From positions 38,440,001-38,504,000 of the forward strand of contig OZ024744.1 in NCBI GenBank assembly GCA_964016885.1: a DNA stretch of 64,000 nt, read 5' to 3'. Numbering within the stretch: the stretch's first letter is position 1; each line of letters opens with the position of its first letter. The stretch is from Eledone cirrhosa (taxonomy: Eukaryota). Made by a program: the position numbers and the translations under genes. Below the pieces are notes generated by a model. It was given only the letters and a program-made list of their open reading frames with translations, searched no databases and was not told where the DNA came from. This document shows positions 24,947-37,410 of this stretch, piece by piece.

Positions 24947-27750
24947 TGTGAGGCTTCTTCTTCCTATCCCATATCATAATATCTGGTCTGTTATGCCTGC
25001 ATTTTATTTGGGTTTTTACTGGAACATTCCACCAGTACTCTTTCATATTATGCATATGTATGTCTTCCATATTGCTGTAGCTTTTAATGTGTTTATTATC
25101 GGGATTATCCTTTCTCGGATTGCATTGTACAGTGTTTTGGCCACTACATCATGCCTCATAGGTAGATAGTACCGCGATGACATCTTTGGACAGCTGCTTA
25201 TGACATCTAGGTGTTTTGCATGCATCCCTATCTCTTTTGTGAATCAGCTATTTCGTGTTGATTTCCTGTTCTTGATTGAAAAAGCGTATCCTTCAAAATG
25301 GGAGCCAATATAGCGGTTGTTGGTTCAAGATAGACTACTTTCTTTAGCTATATTACTCTCATTCTGGAGCTTCCTGGAAATATATCCATGCATGATTTTT
25401 TGCTGATAAGCATGCACTTTTTCATCCATGGATTCACTGCGATACTGCTGAGCGACTTCCCTGGGTGTGAGTTTTTGATTATCACACAGGGAAAATCTTT
25501 CGAGGAGTTCCTTCCCAACTCTCATGATCTTATGTTTCATGCAGATAGACTTGATCGAGAGATGGGCTCCTATGCTTCGAGGCTCGTAGATGTTGTCGGA
25601 GTGATATGATGCGACATTCAAATGCTGTCTGGACTGATGTTAGGCCTCTCCCTCCCTGCTTACGTTTCAAGTAAAGGTGGTCTATGTCACTGTTGATGTG
25701 GAAGTTTCCGGTGTTGTTTAGTATTTTTCGAGTTCTAACATCAATTGCTCGGATTTCATCTATCGTCGAATTGAGTATTCCAAAAGTTGGTGTTAGGACA
25801 GACACAACAAACACATCGTGAGCCACTGTTTTGTTGTGCGCAGAGAGTTTTGATGACCATACAATGGGTCGGTAGTTTTTTGCCAAGTGGGTGTCTTTCA
25901 TCTTGGGGACCAGTAATGTTTGTGCTAATATCAACCGTTCTGGTATAAGTGTATTTCCCTTAAGAACTTGTTGGTAGAGGTCAGTAAGATACCTCCGATA
26001 GAATATCTGTTTTTTGTACCAGTAGCCAACAAACATGTCTCTTCCTGGTGTTTTCTTATCTTGGAGTTTTCCTATCACAGTCTCAAGGGTACCCTCACTT
26101 ATTTCGTATGTTTTTGTTGTAGTGTAGGAGCAATAGTTCTTTCGGATTTCTCTTAGCCACACTGCATCTTGGTTGAAATTCTTCTTTTCACCCCATATTT
26201 TTCTCCAAAAGGAATCTATGTCTTTCTGGGATGGGGCCTCAGTGAGACCTTTGCCCTTCATATCTCTATAGACTGATGTTTGGTTTCGTTTGAATCTTTT
26301 ATTAAGCACTTTTCTCTCATCTACCTTCTTCAGGTATCGGTGTTTTTCGCTGTCAGCTCTCAATTCTTGTTTGACGGTGATCAGCTTATATTGGAGAGTT
26401 CTGGTTCTACTGTTACCAAACATCGTCTCTATTTTATTGTTCACTCTTTGTTGGTGAGGAGTGAGGTTTTTTGTGTTTGTTTGCATGTAAGGAGCGTTGT
26501 CACATATCCTATGGTTTTTCTATTTTAGTTATATATGACGGTATTTTTTGTGGTGTTTTGATCTTGTTAATATCTCTGCTATCACGAAGATAATGCTTCA
26601 CTGTCGCTGCTAAGGCGTATAAACAGGCGTTGATTTGCCAAAATATTGGGGTTTTTATCCGTCGTAAATATTCATCCCCCATTTCGTCAATAGCACGTAG
26701 TATTTCATTATTTGTTTTTTTTATTAAATATTGTTCTTTTAATACGTTCAGCAAGAGAGATATTTATACATGAATTAATTTCTCTCTGGAAGATTTCGTT
26801 GAGGGAAATTTTCAATTGTTTATACTTTTGATTATTATCATTATCGATTAACTTTGCCTTTCATCCTTACGGGGTCGATAAAATAAAGTACCAGTAATGT
26901 ACTGGGTAATTGCTGGCCTTGTGCCTAAAATAGAAACAATTATTATCATTATCGATAGTATTTTCCACAACAGTCGAGGTAGACTCGGATGGTACATGTG
27001 GTGTCAAATTTCTTAGATTATTATTATTATTTCTTAGATTATTATTATTATCGATAGTGTTTTCTACAGCATTCGAGGTAGACTCAGATGGTACAGGTGG
27101 TGTCAAGTTTCTTACGGGCATAGTTGTTTCAGGGCGCTGTTCAACCTGGCTGCTAGGAAGTCTAGTAGCATGGCGACCTGTAGCACGTGTTGTTGATTCC
27201 ATATTTGTTGTGGAGGACTTACAATTAATAATATTTATCTTATTTTTACGTTCAACAAACGTCGCTTGTTGGCGTAATTGTTTCGCTGTGAAATAATTTA
27301 GCTCTGGATGCATTTCGTCCCAGTGTAGCTTCATTCTATTCATATAGCCAGTGGAGGGATTGTTTTTTGCCATTTTATAACAAATAAATAAATCATCATT
27401 AAGTTCGAAACTCCAAGAGAAATGCGATTTATAATTTCGGTTTCTTCTGTAGCTACAACTGAATAAATTTTGTTTATCTTTCTCGTTGTTTTTCTTCGGT
27501 ACTTCCTTAATGTTGTTGATGTTGTAGTGTTCAGCCATCCTGGTTGTAACAAATCCTTGTAAAATGGATTTAGTCGGATATCTCTACGAATTCGAATAAA
27601 AGGTGTCTACAGTGGATATAGATATAGAAGAAAACCCAGTTATTCAACATGACTGTAGTTGTGGCATTACTGTCGGAGATAGTATTCATCTTAAATTTAA
27701 TTAATAGTCTCCCACACCAAAATATGCGACTGATCGCGATGACTGACTAA
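24947..27750 (-). mobile_element. R4/Dong-clade (RLE) non-LTR retrotransposon with RT core deleted
   Basis: N-terminal WSFELNDDLFICY..YMNRMKLHW..HPEL; PGRD..YWYKK; NYRPI fused directly to VWSSKLSAHNK; LYLKRKQGGRGL; ISSCP..RHDVVAK; HNRPDIMIWDRK (RLE). Confidence 0.85.
26848..26945 (+). mobile_element. SINE family 1 3' half inserted in the R4/Dong element
   Basis: Core + tail sequence; flanked by a duplicated ATTATTATCATTATCGAT. Confidence 0.8.
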
Positions 27751-27856
27751 CGTATGTATGTATGTATGTATGTATGTATGTATGTATGTATGTATGTATG
27801 TATGTATGTATGTATGTATGTATGTATGTATGTATGTATGTATGTATGCATGTATT

Positions 27857-27896
<40 letters not shown>

Positions 27897-27906
27897 AACC
27901 AGTAAG

Positions 27907-28000
27907 ACCCCGACAGCTGAGCTCAAGCCGTTTCAACGGCTAATTCTGGACTAAATGAAAATTTATCCTGGTATTTAAATAGCCGATCTTCTCAAGGGGT
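27907..28000 (-). ncRNA. Type I hammerhead (U3-A8 variant), left-arm copy
   Basis: Reverse complement of 32555-32648, with G-U at the first stem II pair. Confidence 0.72.
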
Positions 28001-29100
28001 AATTCCATATATGGTCAAAGTGATTGTCAAAAATCAGTAGTAATTCTGTGGTTGCAAATTAGTAGGGGAGATGGTGGCTAAACCTGCCAGTAGGAGAAAG
28101 AGGGGAGGGGGTGGAGTAGACCCAATCAAGCGTTGGTAGTGCCAGCTACAGCTGGGCATGAGGTCAAAGAAGATACAGGGGAGGGGGATGGGGAGGAAGT
28201 CGGAACGGTAGGTAGAACAATGGGGGGTAGAAATATATAGGAAAGAAAAAATACTGAGAGTGAAGAAAAGCAAATAAGTGTAAAGAAAAAAGTAAAGTAA
28301 ATTAAATTCTACGACCTAGGTCTCTAGCTATTGTTAGTCTAGAATAAATAAATAAAGAAAGAAAGAAAGAAGTAAAGAAAGAAATAAAGAAATAACGAAA
28401 TAAGTAAAAGAACTAGGTGGGACGGTTTAGGCAAGGACCCTTTTAAGAGGTATAAGTACGTAAATGATACGGTGACGGGTCAACAAAAGAGGCCAGAATA
28501 CTAAAGAGACTACCACGAAATAAACAATAAAGGTTTCCATCCCGGGCACAATGCCAGCAACCACCCAGTGCAGCAAAGTGAACTTGTACGAGATAATAAT
28601 TCTGAGTTCCGAGAAAAATATATACTAATGCTAACTCTAAAAGATCTAAAACAAGCTACATGAAAGTTCGTACGAAGTAAAGGTAGAATACGGAAAAATA
28701 AATTCAGAATCCACCCGCCCAAAAGAAAAGCGAAGAAAGAAATACTGAAACGAAAAAATAAGGCATAAGTGCCACTAAGAAATATAGAGGGCACAGAGAA
28801 TAGTGGGAGCGGTCGGAAAAAAGGGACAAGTATCCGGGGTCTAAACCAACTGCTATAAAGGGCGGAGTCCGCCAAATCTATCATAGACTAGGGGAGGGGG
28901 TGGGGGTACTAAGGCTACAAGGGGCCAAAGGGCAGCCTCGGGTGGGCGAGAAAAGACGCCGACAAAGGAGAAGAGCTGGGGTAGAAGGACTAAGAAGAGA
29001 GGGGGAAGGAAATAAAGGAAGCGATAAAAGAATACAAAGAAGATCTTACGTCTCCCTTGGCAAGCAGGGGTTACCCATTGCAAAATCGGCAAGTGGGGTG

Positions 29101-30076
29101 TTATAGCCCTAGTCTACCCCCCCCCCCCGGGTCATTATGGGGTTTGAGGGCGAGGTAAGTCCTACGCAATCTATGTTTACATGCAGTAACCAGTTCATCT
29201 TTCTTGTTTAGGAGTTGGTCCGTCGAAAACAGCATTTGTAAAGTTTCCTCCGAGCATAAATTGCACGGACGGCGTCCTCCCGTGTAAGAATTGGCTCTGG
29301 ACAGTAATCTCCAAGTGAGATCATAGGTGATGTTGTTGTCCTTGAGGTCCCATATGTGGCCCGAAAGTGTAGTGGCGTGACGCCGGGCCGGGTTTCGGAA
29401 GGTATGTCTATGTTGGTATAGCCGGGTCTTGAAGTCACATGCGGTAAGTCCTATATAGGCTTTGTTGGAGTTATCCGTCCTCACGTTGCACTGGTAGATC
29501 ACATTACGGTCTCTGCATCTATTGTCGAGTGGGCAAATAGATCTATCCGGGCAGTTACACCTCCTGGTCGGTTCTCCACTGCTATTTAGGTTATTTCTGC
29601 CATCGGGGTTGAGTTTTTTGTTGTTAGAGGAGACGATGTTTTGTGCGAAGTTTGGTGTAGTGCTGTAAGAGAGTTTGATGGTATTTTTGTTAATTATGTT
29701 GTGGTAGCGGTGTTGTAATGGGAAGTGTTTTTCAATGAGCCTAAAGAATAGTTTCCCGATGGGAGTTGTCACCTCTGCGTTGTGGGGAGGATTGAACCAT
29801 GTTACATTGCGTGAGCGGCGGTGTCTCCTGCTGGTTCCGCTAATGGGAGCTGGACAGTAGGATATTTCCTCCCGGAAACCACTCCGCTTGAGGGCCTGAT
29901 TGTAATAAGGCGCATGTTCATCGAATATCCGCTCATTAGCTGACAAACGGGATATGCGGAGGGAGATGTTTTTGACCAGGTTGTTTGTGATGTTCCTAGG
30001 ATGGTTTGATCGGCGGTGGATGTAGTGCAGATTGTCATTAGGTTTCCTGTATGGGTAGTACAGGTCGTTTTCGAGG
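29101..30076 (-). pseudogene. PLE RT thumb + GIY-YIG endonuclease, 5'-truncated but open
   Basis: YRKPND..HRRSNHP; WFNPP; CNC..CPLDNRC; VIYQC..YIGLT..FKTRLYQH; CNLCSEE; LNKKDELVTACKH. Confidence 0.9.
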
Positions 30077-30082
30077 ATAAAC

Positions 30083-31455
30083 ATGGAGGATAAACGAGAA
30101 ACTAAATTCATACAGTTCGACATAGAGAGCTACTATGCTTCAATCACCTTACCGCTACTTACTGCCGCCTTGGACTTCGCCGAAACACTTGTGCCCATCA
30201 CCGACCAGGAAAGAAAAATCATCCTCCACGCCAGGAAGACAGTCTTACTCTTTGACGACTCTAAATGGATAAAAAGAGCTCCCGGCTCACCCTTCGACGT
30301 CAGCATGGGCGCCACGGATTCGGCGGAGGTCACAGATCTTATAGGATTATTCCTAATAGCCAAACTCACTGATATGTTTCCTGCATTCGGTGGTGGATTG
30401 TACCGTGATGATGGGCTCCTTACCCTTAAAGCGTACAACCCCAGTAGTACAGATCGGGTCCGGAAACAATTAATCAGATTCTTCCGCGACTGGGGATTTA
30501 AAATAACCCTACAAATGTCCCTGACCCGAGTAAACTTCTTGGACGTGACCCTCGACCTCGAAAACGACCTGTACTACCCATACAGGAAACCTAATGACAA
30601 TCTGCACTACATTTGTTTGTCAGCTAATGTGCGGATATTCGATGAACATGCGCCTTATTACAACCAGGCCCTCAAGCGGAGTGGTTTCCGGGAGGAAATA
30701 TCCTACTGTCCAGCTCCCATTAGCGGAACCAGCAGGAGACACCGCCGCTCACGCAATGTAACATGGTTCAATCCTCCCCACAACGCAGAGGTGACAACTC
30801 CCATCGGGAAACTATTCTTTAGGCTCATTGAAAAACACTTCCCATTACAACACCGCTACCACAACATAATTAACAAAAATACCATCAAACTCTCTTACAG
30901 CACTACACCAAACTTCGCACAAAACATCGTCTCCTCTAACAACAAAAAACTCAACCCCGATGGCAGAAATAACCTAAATAGCAGTGGAGAACCGACCAGG
31001 AGGTGTAACTGCCCGGATAGATCTATTTGCCCACTCGACAATAGACGCAGAGACCGTAATGTGATCTACCAGTGCAACGTGAGGACGGATACCTCCAACA
31101 AAGCCTATATAGGACTTACCGCATGTGACTTCAAGACCCGGCTATACCAACATAGACATACCTCCGAAACCCGGCCCGGCGTCACGCCACTACACTTTCG
31201 GGCCACATATGGGACCTCAAGGACAACAACATCACCTATGATCTCACTTGGAGATTACTGTCCAGAGCCAATTCTTACACGGGAGGACGCCGTCCGTGCA
31301 ATTTATGCTCGGAGGAAACTTTACAAATGCTGTTTTCGACGGACCAACTCCTAAACAAGAAAGATGAACTGGTTACTGCATGTAAACATAGATTGCGTAG
31401 GACTTACCTCGCCCAAAAACCCTATAATGACCCGGGGGGGTAGACTAGGGCTATA
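30083..31455 (+). pseudogene. PLE RT + GIY-YIG, 5'-truncated, with an internal deletion near 30612 and a frameshift near 31160
   Basis: 423-aa ORF with YRDD. Compared with the left arm it lacks ~21 codons (HRRSNHPRNITNNLVKNISLRI region) and changes frame after YQHRHT. Confidence 0.9.
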
Positions 31456-32554
31456 ACACCCCACTTGCCGATTTTGCAATGGGTAACCCCTGCTTGCCAA
31501 GGGAGACGTAAGATCTTCTTTGTATTCTTTTATCGCTTCCTTTATTTCCTTTCCCCCTCTCTCCTTAGTCCTTCTACCCCAGCTCTTCTCCTTTGTCGGC
31601 GTCTTTTCTCGCCCACCCGAGGCTGCCCTTTGGCCCCTTGTAGCCTTAGTACCCCCACCCCCTCCCCTAGTCTATGATAGATTTGGCGGACTCCGCCCTT
31701 TATAGCAGTTGGTTTAGACCCCGGATACTTGTCCCCTTTTTCCGACCGCTCCCACTATTCTCTGTGCCCTCTATATTTCTTAGTGGCACTTATGCCTTAT
31801 TTTTTCGTTTCAGTATTTCTTTCTTCGCTTTTCTTTTGGGCGGGGTGGATTCTGAATTTATTTTTCCGTATTCTACCTTTACTTCGTACGAACTTTCATG
31901 TAGCTTGTTTTAGATCTTTTAGAGTTAGCATTAGTATATATTTTTCTCGGGACTCAGAATTATTATCTCGTACAAGTTCACTTTGCTGCACTGGGTGGTT
32001 GCTGGCATTGTGACCGGGATGGAAACCTTTATTGTTTATTTCGTGGTAGTCTCTTTAGTATTTTGGCCCCTTTTGTTGACCCGTCACCGTATCATTTACG
32101 TACTTATACCTCTTAAAAGGGTCCTTGCCTAAACCGTCCCACCTAGTTCTTTTACTTATTTCGTTATTTCTTTATTTCTTTCTTTACTTCTTTCTTTCTT
32201 TATTTATTTATTCTAGACTAACAATAGCTAGAGACCTAGGTCGTAGAATTTAATTTACTTTACTTTTTTCTTTACACTTATTTGCTTTTCTTCACTCTCA
32301 GTATTTTTTCTTTCCTATATATTTCTACCCCCCATTGTTCTACCTACCGTTCCGACTTCCTCCCCCTCCCCCTCCCCTGTATCTTCTTTGACCTCATGCC
32401 CAGCTGTAGCTGGCACTACCAACGCTTGATTGGGTCTACTCCACCCCCTCCCCTCTTTCTCCTATTGGCAGGTTTAGCCACCATCTCCCCTACTAATTTG
32501 CAACCACAGAATTACTACTGATTTTTGACAATCACTTTGACCATATATGGAATT

Positions 32555-32648
32555 ACCCCTTGAGAAGATCGGCTATTTAAATACCAGGATAAATTTTCAT
32601 TTAGTCCAGAATTAGCCGTCGAAACGGCTTGAGCTCAGCTGTCGGGGT
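32555..32648 (+). ncRNA. Type I hammerhead ribozyme in PLE pLTR, U3-A8 compensatory core
   Basis: ACCCC-TTGAGAA-GA(T)CGGCTA..TAGCCGTC-GAAA-CGGCT tgagctc AGCTG-TC-GGGGT; GUC cleavage after 32643. Confidence 0.78.
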
Positions 32649-32739
32649 CTTACTGGTTCCTATTACCCACTCTACTACCTCAAGTATTGAGTACTTTGGT
32701 GCGTTATGGTCCACCTGGTTCCTTACCACATTTCCTTCG

Positions 32740-32774
<35 letters not shown>

Positions 32775-32778
<4 letters not shown>

Positions 32779-33021
32779 ATAACTCTAAGGTAAAATTCGT
32801 TATTGAGGGCTTTTGGCTGCACTTTCCGGCAGCATTCGTTAGCATGTCCGCAACCAGAGCTTCGATTATGCTGCACTACCTTCTTGTATATATATATATA
32901 TATATATACAAGAAGGTAGTGCAGCATAATCGAAGCTCTGGTTGCGGGCAAGCTAACGAATGCTGTCGAAAAGTGCAGCCAAAAGCCCTCAATAAGGAGT
33001 TTTACCTTAGAGTTATAACAT
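32775..33021. repeat. ~110-bp inverted repeat centred on (TA)n; possible decayed PLE end with a degenerate hammerhead
   Basis: 32775-32886 is mirrored by 32909-33021; CTAACGA-ATGCTG..GCAGCC-AAAA resembles a decayed CTGACGA..GAAA. Confidence 0.7.
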
Positions 33022-33798
33022 TACGTTTAGACAGCTATGCAAATTGAAGCCAGCGACCGAAAAGCGAGTGGCTAGGACCAGAACAACGAAATAAAACCTA
33101 GTCAGGGAAAAGTTTGACTGTTACCTGGACCATCATGGACATATTACATAAAATTGTATAACATCTCCACTAGGTTTCTGTAAATCCGAAATCAACAAAA
33201 TCCATTTGCAGGAGCCTGCAAGTTAATTGGGCTTTGGAAGATAGAACAGTGGAATTTACTTCGTTAACAAGTTTTTGTTCTGCCTCCGCCGGTTGCAATA
33301 ACTAGTAGTAAACACTGCCAGTAGTCACGTGGTTTCTCCGAAGGAAGGTAAACACCGATATGTATGTAGAAATAGATTGACAAATATATATATAAAATAA
33401 ACACATGAAACAGTCTCAGGGTATCTATATTTGAAGTTCTAGTTAAACTTTAATTAGTTACCTAGCTATGTGTGCTTACACACTTTACAAATTATTCCCT
33501 GAGATTGTTTCACGTGTTTATTTTATATATATATATATGTGTCAATCTATTTCTAGTTGATATAAAATGCTCGGATCTATTCATTGGAATCTTTGAGCTT
33601 ATTCTGCAGTGAATATAGCGCATGTCTCTCAGACATGACAACCGTAATTTAATTTTGGATATATGCATGTGTGTATGTGTGTATGTATGTATATTCGTAA
33701 AATAATTAGAACACAACGCAAGGAAGCTGCTAGAAGTGTGTAGAAGTGATAGGAAGAAAGGAAAAAAGGAAGAAAATGGACGAGAGAAGATTACACTT

Positions 33799-33914
33799 TT
33801 ATATACACACATCAGCTTTTAGACAGGCTGTAGAACGAGCCGTCTACTTTACGTGGTAATTTTTGTTAAATCGTTGGAACCACAAATGGTCTAAAAGCTG
33901 ATGAGTGTATATAA
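33799..33914. repeat. Short inverted repeat (~26-bp arms)
   Basis: TTATATACACACATCAGCTTTTAGAC / GTCTAAAAGCTGATGAGTGTATATAA. Confidence 0.65.
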
Positions 33915-35444
33915 ATGGAAGTACAAGCAGTTCTCCTTTGTTTGGAGTCTACCATAAAAGTGATTCCACAGTGGAAAATATTAAAAGCTCATAAGACGAA
34001 TAACAGAAAAAAGGTGAGAGTGGAAATATAAGTGCTGCTCTCTAGTAAATCTGATAAAATGTGGGTGTGAATGAAGGGACTCTCCCGGGTGAGTAGGCTG
34101 ACATTCGACAAATAGAAAAGCAACAGTGACAGCAATTGCGTATACTAGCCATGGCAATCCTAAATTTCTGTAGTCCCCGATTTATCCCAGATAGCTCTCT
34201 GCGAAGGAAAAAGCTGATCAACTCGTGTATTGCGTAACTCACAGTTTACCTTTTTGCCCGCCATAGAATATCTGGAGGCAGCCCTCATCGATATATAAAG
34301 TAAGATCCCTACATCATGCGATGAAAAGTTTTATTTAGTCTGTATGAAGTAACACTGTAAAAGGAATCGTTCACAACATTGAGCCTCTGGCTTGTGGTCA
34401 CATTAGTAGCATTATATGAGTAGGAGTTCAGCGTTGGCTTTTAGTGACATGTCATCAAACTGAGTCTCAATATTATTTTTTACACAAACTGTATTTTCTT
34501 CTTTTACGTTGTCTTCATTAAAAAATAATGGCTACGAGAGTTCTGTGTTACGCCTTAACAAATATTTAAAATAAACAAAAAACAATACAGTTCACAAACA
34601 GATAAAAGCAAACAAAAATGAAAAGTTATTTAATTGCACAACAAGCTATTAATGTTAAAATAAAATAAAAAATGATAATAACAACGGCCAAAAAATGCCA
34701 GTTTGAATTCCTCGAGTAGAAATGTCAAACAATAACAACAGTAATTACACTCTTTGCCTGAAAACATTTTCTCTATTTCGCATGAAACTTTCGGGCAAAC
34801 ATCTTTCGTAAAATAATGTCAATCTACATCACGACGACAGTCAAGATTAATCAAAGAATAAGTGTCCATTTGTGTTTCCTGAAAATGAAGGTGGCTTTCA
34901 AATACTTTCGACAGTCTATATTTGTGGAACAAAAAGTTCTATTCTTTGAGTCAAAGTCGTCTTTTAGACTGAGCACGTAGCCCCAAAACAAGAAAAGATT
35001 TTTAAGGCATACACCCGCCCATTTACTTGTGTGTCGGTATTTCGGGTAGGAAAATAAAAGGAAGGTTGTCAGGGACTTCAGTAAAGTTGCTGGCCACTAA
35101 CTTGTTGGAACATTTGAAGAGTAACATGAGTAAGTGTTCAGAGCATGAGTTAAGAATAACGTTATATGTTCAGAAGAGATATGAACGTACATATAAACCC
35201 TAATAACACCCCCGCTCCTTCCAGCCCCCCCCCCCCCCCAAAAAAAAACAACTAGAAAATGACATGTGACTCAGGTACAGTACAAAAAGTTTAGCTGCTA
35301 TATATGTGAAAGCAATGGTCATTGGATTCCAGACCCTCGATTGGTCGGAGTATCCGCCTCTTCTTCGGTCCTAGAAATTAAGAGTGGGATCCCTCCGCTC
35401 CAGTCAAATGGCGGGTGATTTATTAATTGGTGAAGAGGAAATAG

Positions 35445-35624
35445 CAGACCTGCAACCTCTAAAATCCCTAGCGAGGAGTACCATGAAAATAAGGGTTCCA
35501 AAATGGGGAGAGACAAAATGAGGCTTTACATAATGAGAGCTATACCCATTTTCACAAGAGAAGACATTTCTCACCCAAGTGGGTAGGATATCTCCCCGTC
35601 GGACGGGGAGAGTTGGCAGATCTG
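35445..35624. mobile_element. hAT-like MITE family copy
   Basis: TIRs CAGACCTGCAAC / GTTGGCAGATCTG. Confidence 0.75.
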
Positions 35625-35725
35625 AAGTAAGGTCACGTTACAGGAAACACTCAGCGAAAATATCACCAGATTTGGCCCCATATTGAAGCAGGAATACCCA
35701 ATGTATGTGAAGTGTTACAAACACC

Positions 35726-36540
35726 TTCGAGTGTCACCTTCTCCAGCACAAACAGTGCTAGGCTAGAGTGCCACCTTCTCCAGCCTAAAAAGTGGTAGAT
35801 TCGAGTGTCACCTTCTCCAGTACAAACAGTGGTAGGTTCGAGTGTCACTTTCTCTAGCCTAAACAGTGGTAGGTTCGAGTGTCACCTTCTCCAGTACAAA
35901 CAGTGGTAGGTTCGAGTGTCACCTTCTCCAGTACAAACAGTGGTAGGTTCGAGTGTCACTTTCTCTAGCCTAAACAGTGGTAGGTTCGAGTGTCACCTTC
36001 TCCAGTACAAACAGTGGTAGGTTCGAGTGTCACCTTCTCCAGTACAAACAGTGGTAGGTTCGAGTGCCACCTTCTCCAGTACAAACAGTGGTAGGTTCGA
36101 GTGTCACCTTCTCCAGTACAAACAGTGGTAGGTTCGAGTGCCACCTTCTCCAGCCTAAACAGTGGTAGGTTCGAGTGTCACCTTCTCCAGTACAAACAGT
36201 GGTAGGTTCGAGTGTCACCTTCTCCAGTACAAACAGTGCTAGGTTCGAGTGTCACCTTCTCCAGTACAAACAGTGCTAGGTTCGAGTGCCACCTTCTCCA
36301 GCACAAACAGTGCTAGGTTCGAGTGTCACCTTCTCCAGCACAAACAGTGCTAGGTTCGAGTGTCACCTTCTCCAGTCTAAACAGTGGTAGGTTCGAGTGC
36401 CACCTTCTCCAGTACAAACAGTGCTAGGTTCGAGTGTTACCTCCTCCAGCACAAACAGTGCTAGGTTCGAGTGTCACCTTCTCCAGCACAAACAGTGCTA
36501 GGTTCGAGTGTCACCTTCTCCAGCACAAACAGTGCTAGGC
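35726..36540. repeat. 37-bp minisatellite, ~22 copies
   Basis: Unit TTCGAGTGTCACCTTCTCCAGTACAAACAGTGGTAGG; period 37 (35837 to 35874); no spacers. Confidence 0.95.
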
Positions 36541-37315
36541 AGACAGAAATGTGAAGTGCTCTGACTCGAGCTAAGTTACGTGGGAGGAAACCCTAAATGT
36601 TCTGAATGGACATTTTTTAAATACGTTATATCTATTATAGCTATTTATTCATTATAAGTACTTATCTGTACGCAAAGTTTTCAAATGTTTTCCTTACACA
36701 ATAACGTCACTGATCCACCTCTTTGCTTCAATTTCAGTTTTTTTCTTTTTTTTCCCACTCCTCTTTTGTTACCTCACCTGTTTTTAACATTTCAATAAAT
36801 GGTGTGTATGAATGGAATTTGAATGTAATAGCCTGTAGTGAGAAATCATCATAATCATCATAATGATGATGATGATGATGATGAATTTGCCTTAATGAAC
36901 ATTAAACCGCTACCTGCAGCCTCATATTCAGGACGTATCGGGGAGGCAGGGTGGGGGTTCATTGCTGTTCCCAGTAGGCGTGCCATTTGAAATGTTCCAA
37001 TCCAAAAACGCGGGCTGGGCTAATGTTCTATAGTCAGTCTTAGAAACTCTTCGAGATGGTACCTAGTGCTCTTATAACGATGGGGACCACTTTGATCTTA
37101 TGACAATCCATAATCTTTTTTCGGTTCCCACTTGTACGATTAATTTTCTCCTTTTCACCTTTGTTCCGGATTTTTCGTTCAAATCCCCTGGGGTTAACTT
37201 CGGTTTTCATAATTTCGAGATAGATAAAATAAAGTACCAGTTAAGTATTTGGGTTGATATAATCGACTTTCCTCTTCTCTAAACTTGACGATCTTGTACT
37301 TATGCTAGACATATC

Positions 37316-37410
37316 ATAATTGTTTCTACTTTAGGCACAAGGCCAGCAATTACCCAGTGCATTACTGGTACTTTATTTTATCGACCCCGTAAGGATGAAA
37401 GGCAAAGTCA
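37316..37410 (-). mobile_element. SINE family 1 3' fragment, next to an opposite-strand diverged copy at ~37170-37300
   Basis: Core + tail; TATGCTAGACATAT is duplicated on both sides. Confidence 0.8.

Larger units (their letters stand above)
27892..32740. mobile_element. Penelope-like element family 1 (probably Naiad-type) as a large inverted repeat; arms 27892-30076 and 30556-32663
   Basis: Mirror-image ORFs and UTRs; both outer ends abut (TA)n; RT motifs FIQFDIESYY, MGATDSAEV, GLYRDDG; C-terminal GIY-YIG. Confidence 0.93.

Noticed and set aside
27550-27750. HDV-like ribozyme at the R4/Dong 5' end
   Set aside because: CTACAGT/ACTGTAG and a CTAA-ATCCA segment are suggestive, but there is no valid P3/L3.
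29101-30123. 340-aa ORF with its own start codon
   Set aside because: The first ~16 residues come from antisense spacer sequence across the inversion junction at 30076.
33895-33930. Hammerhead at CTGATGA in the short inverted repeat (also 9807-9813 minus)
   Set aside because: No stem II-GAAA downstream.
35726-36540. CRISPR array
   Set aside because: 37-bp units are contiguous with no unique spacers, there are no cas genes, and the context is eukaryotic.
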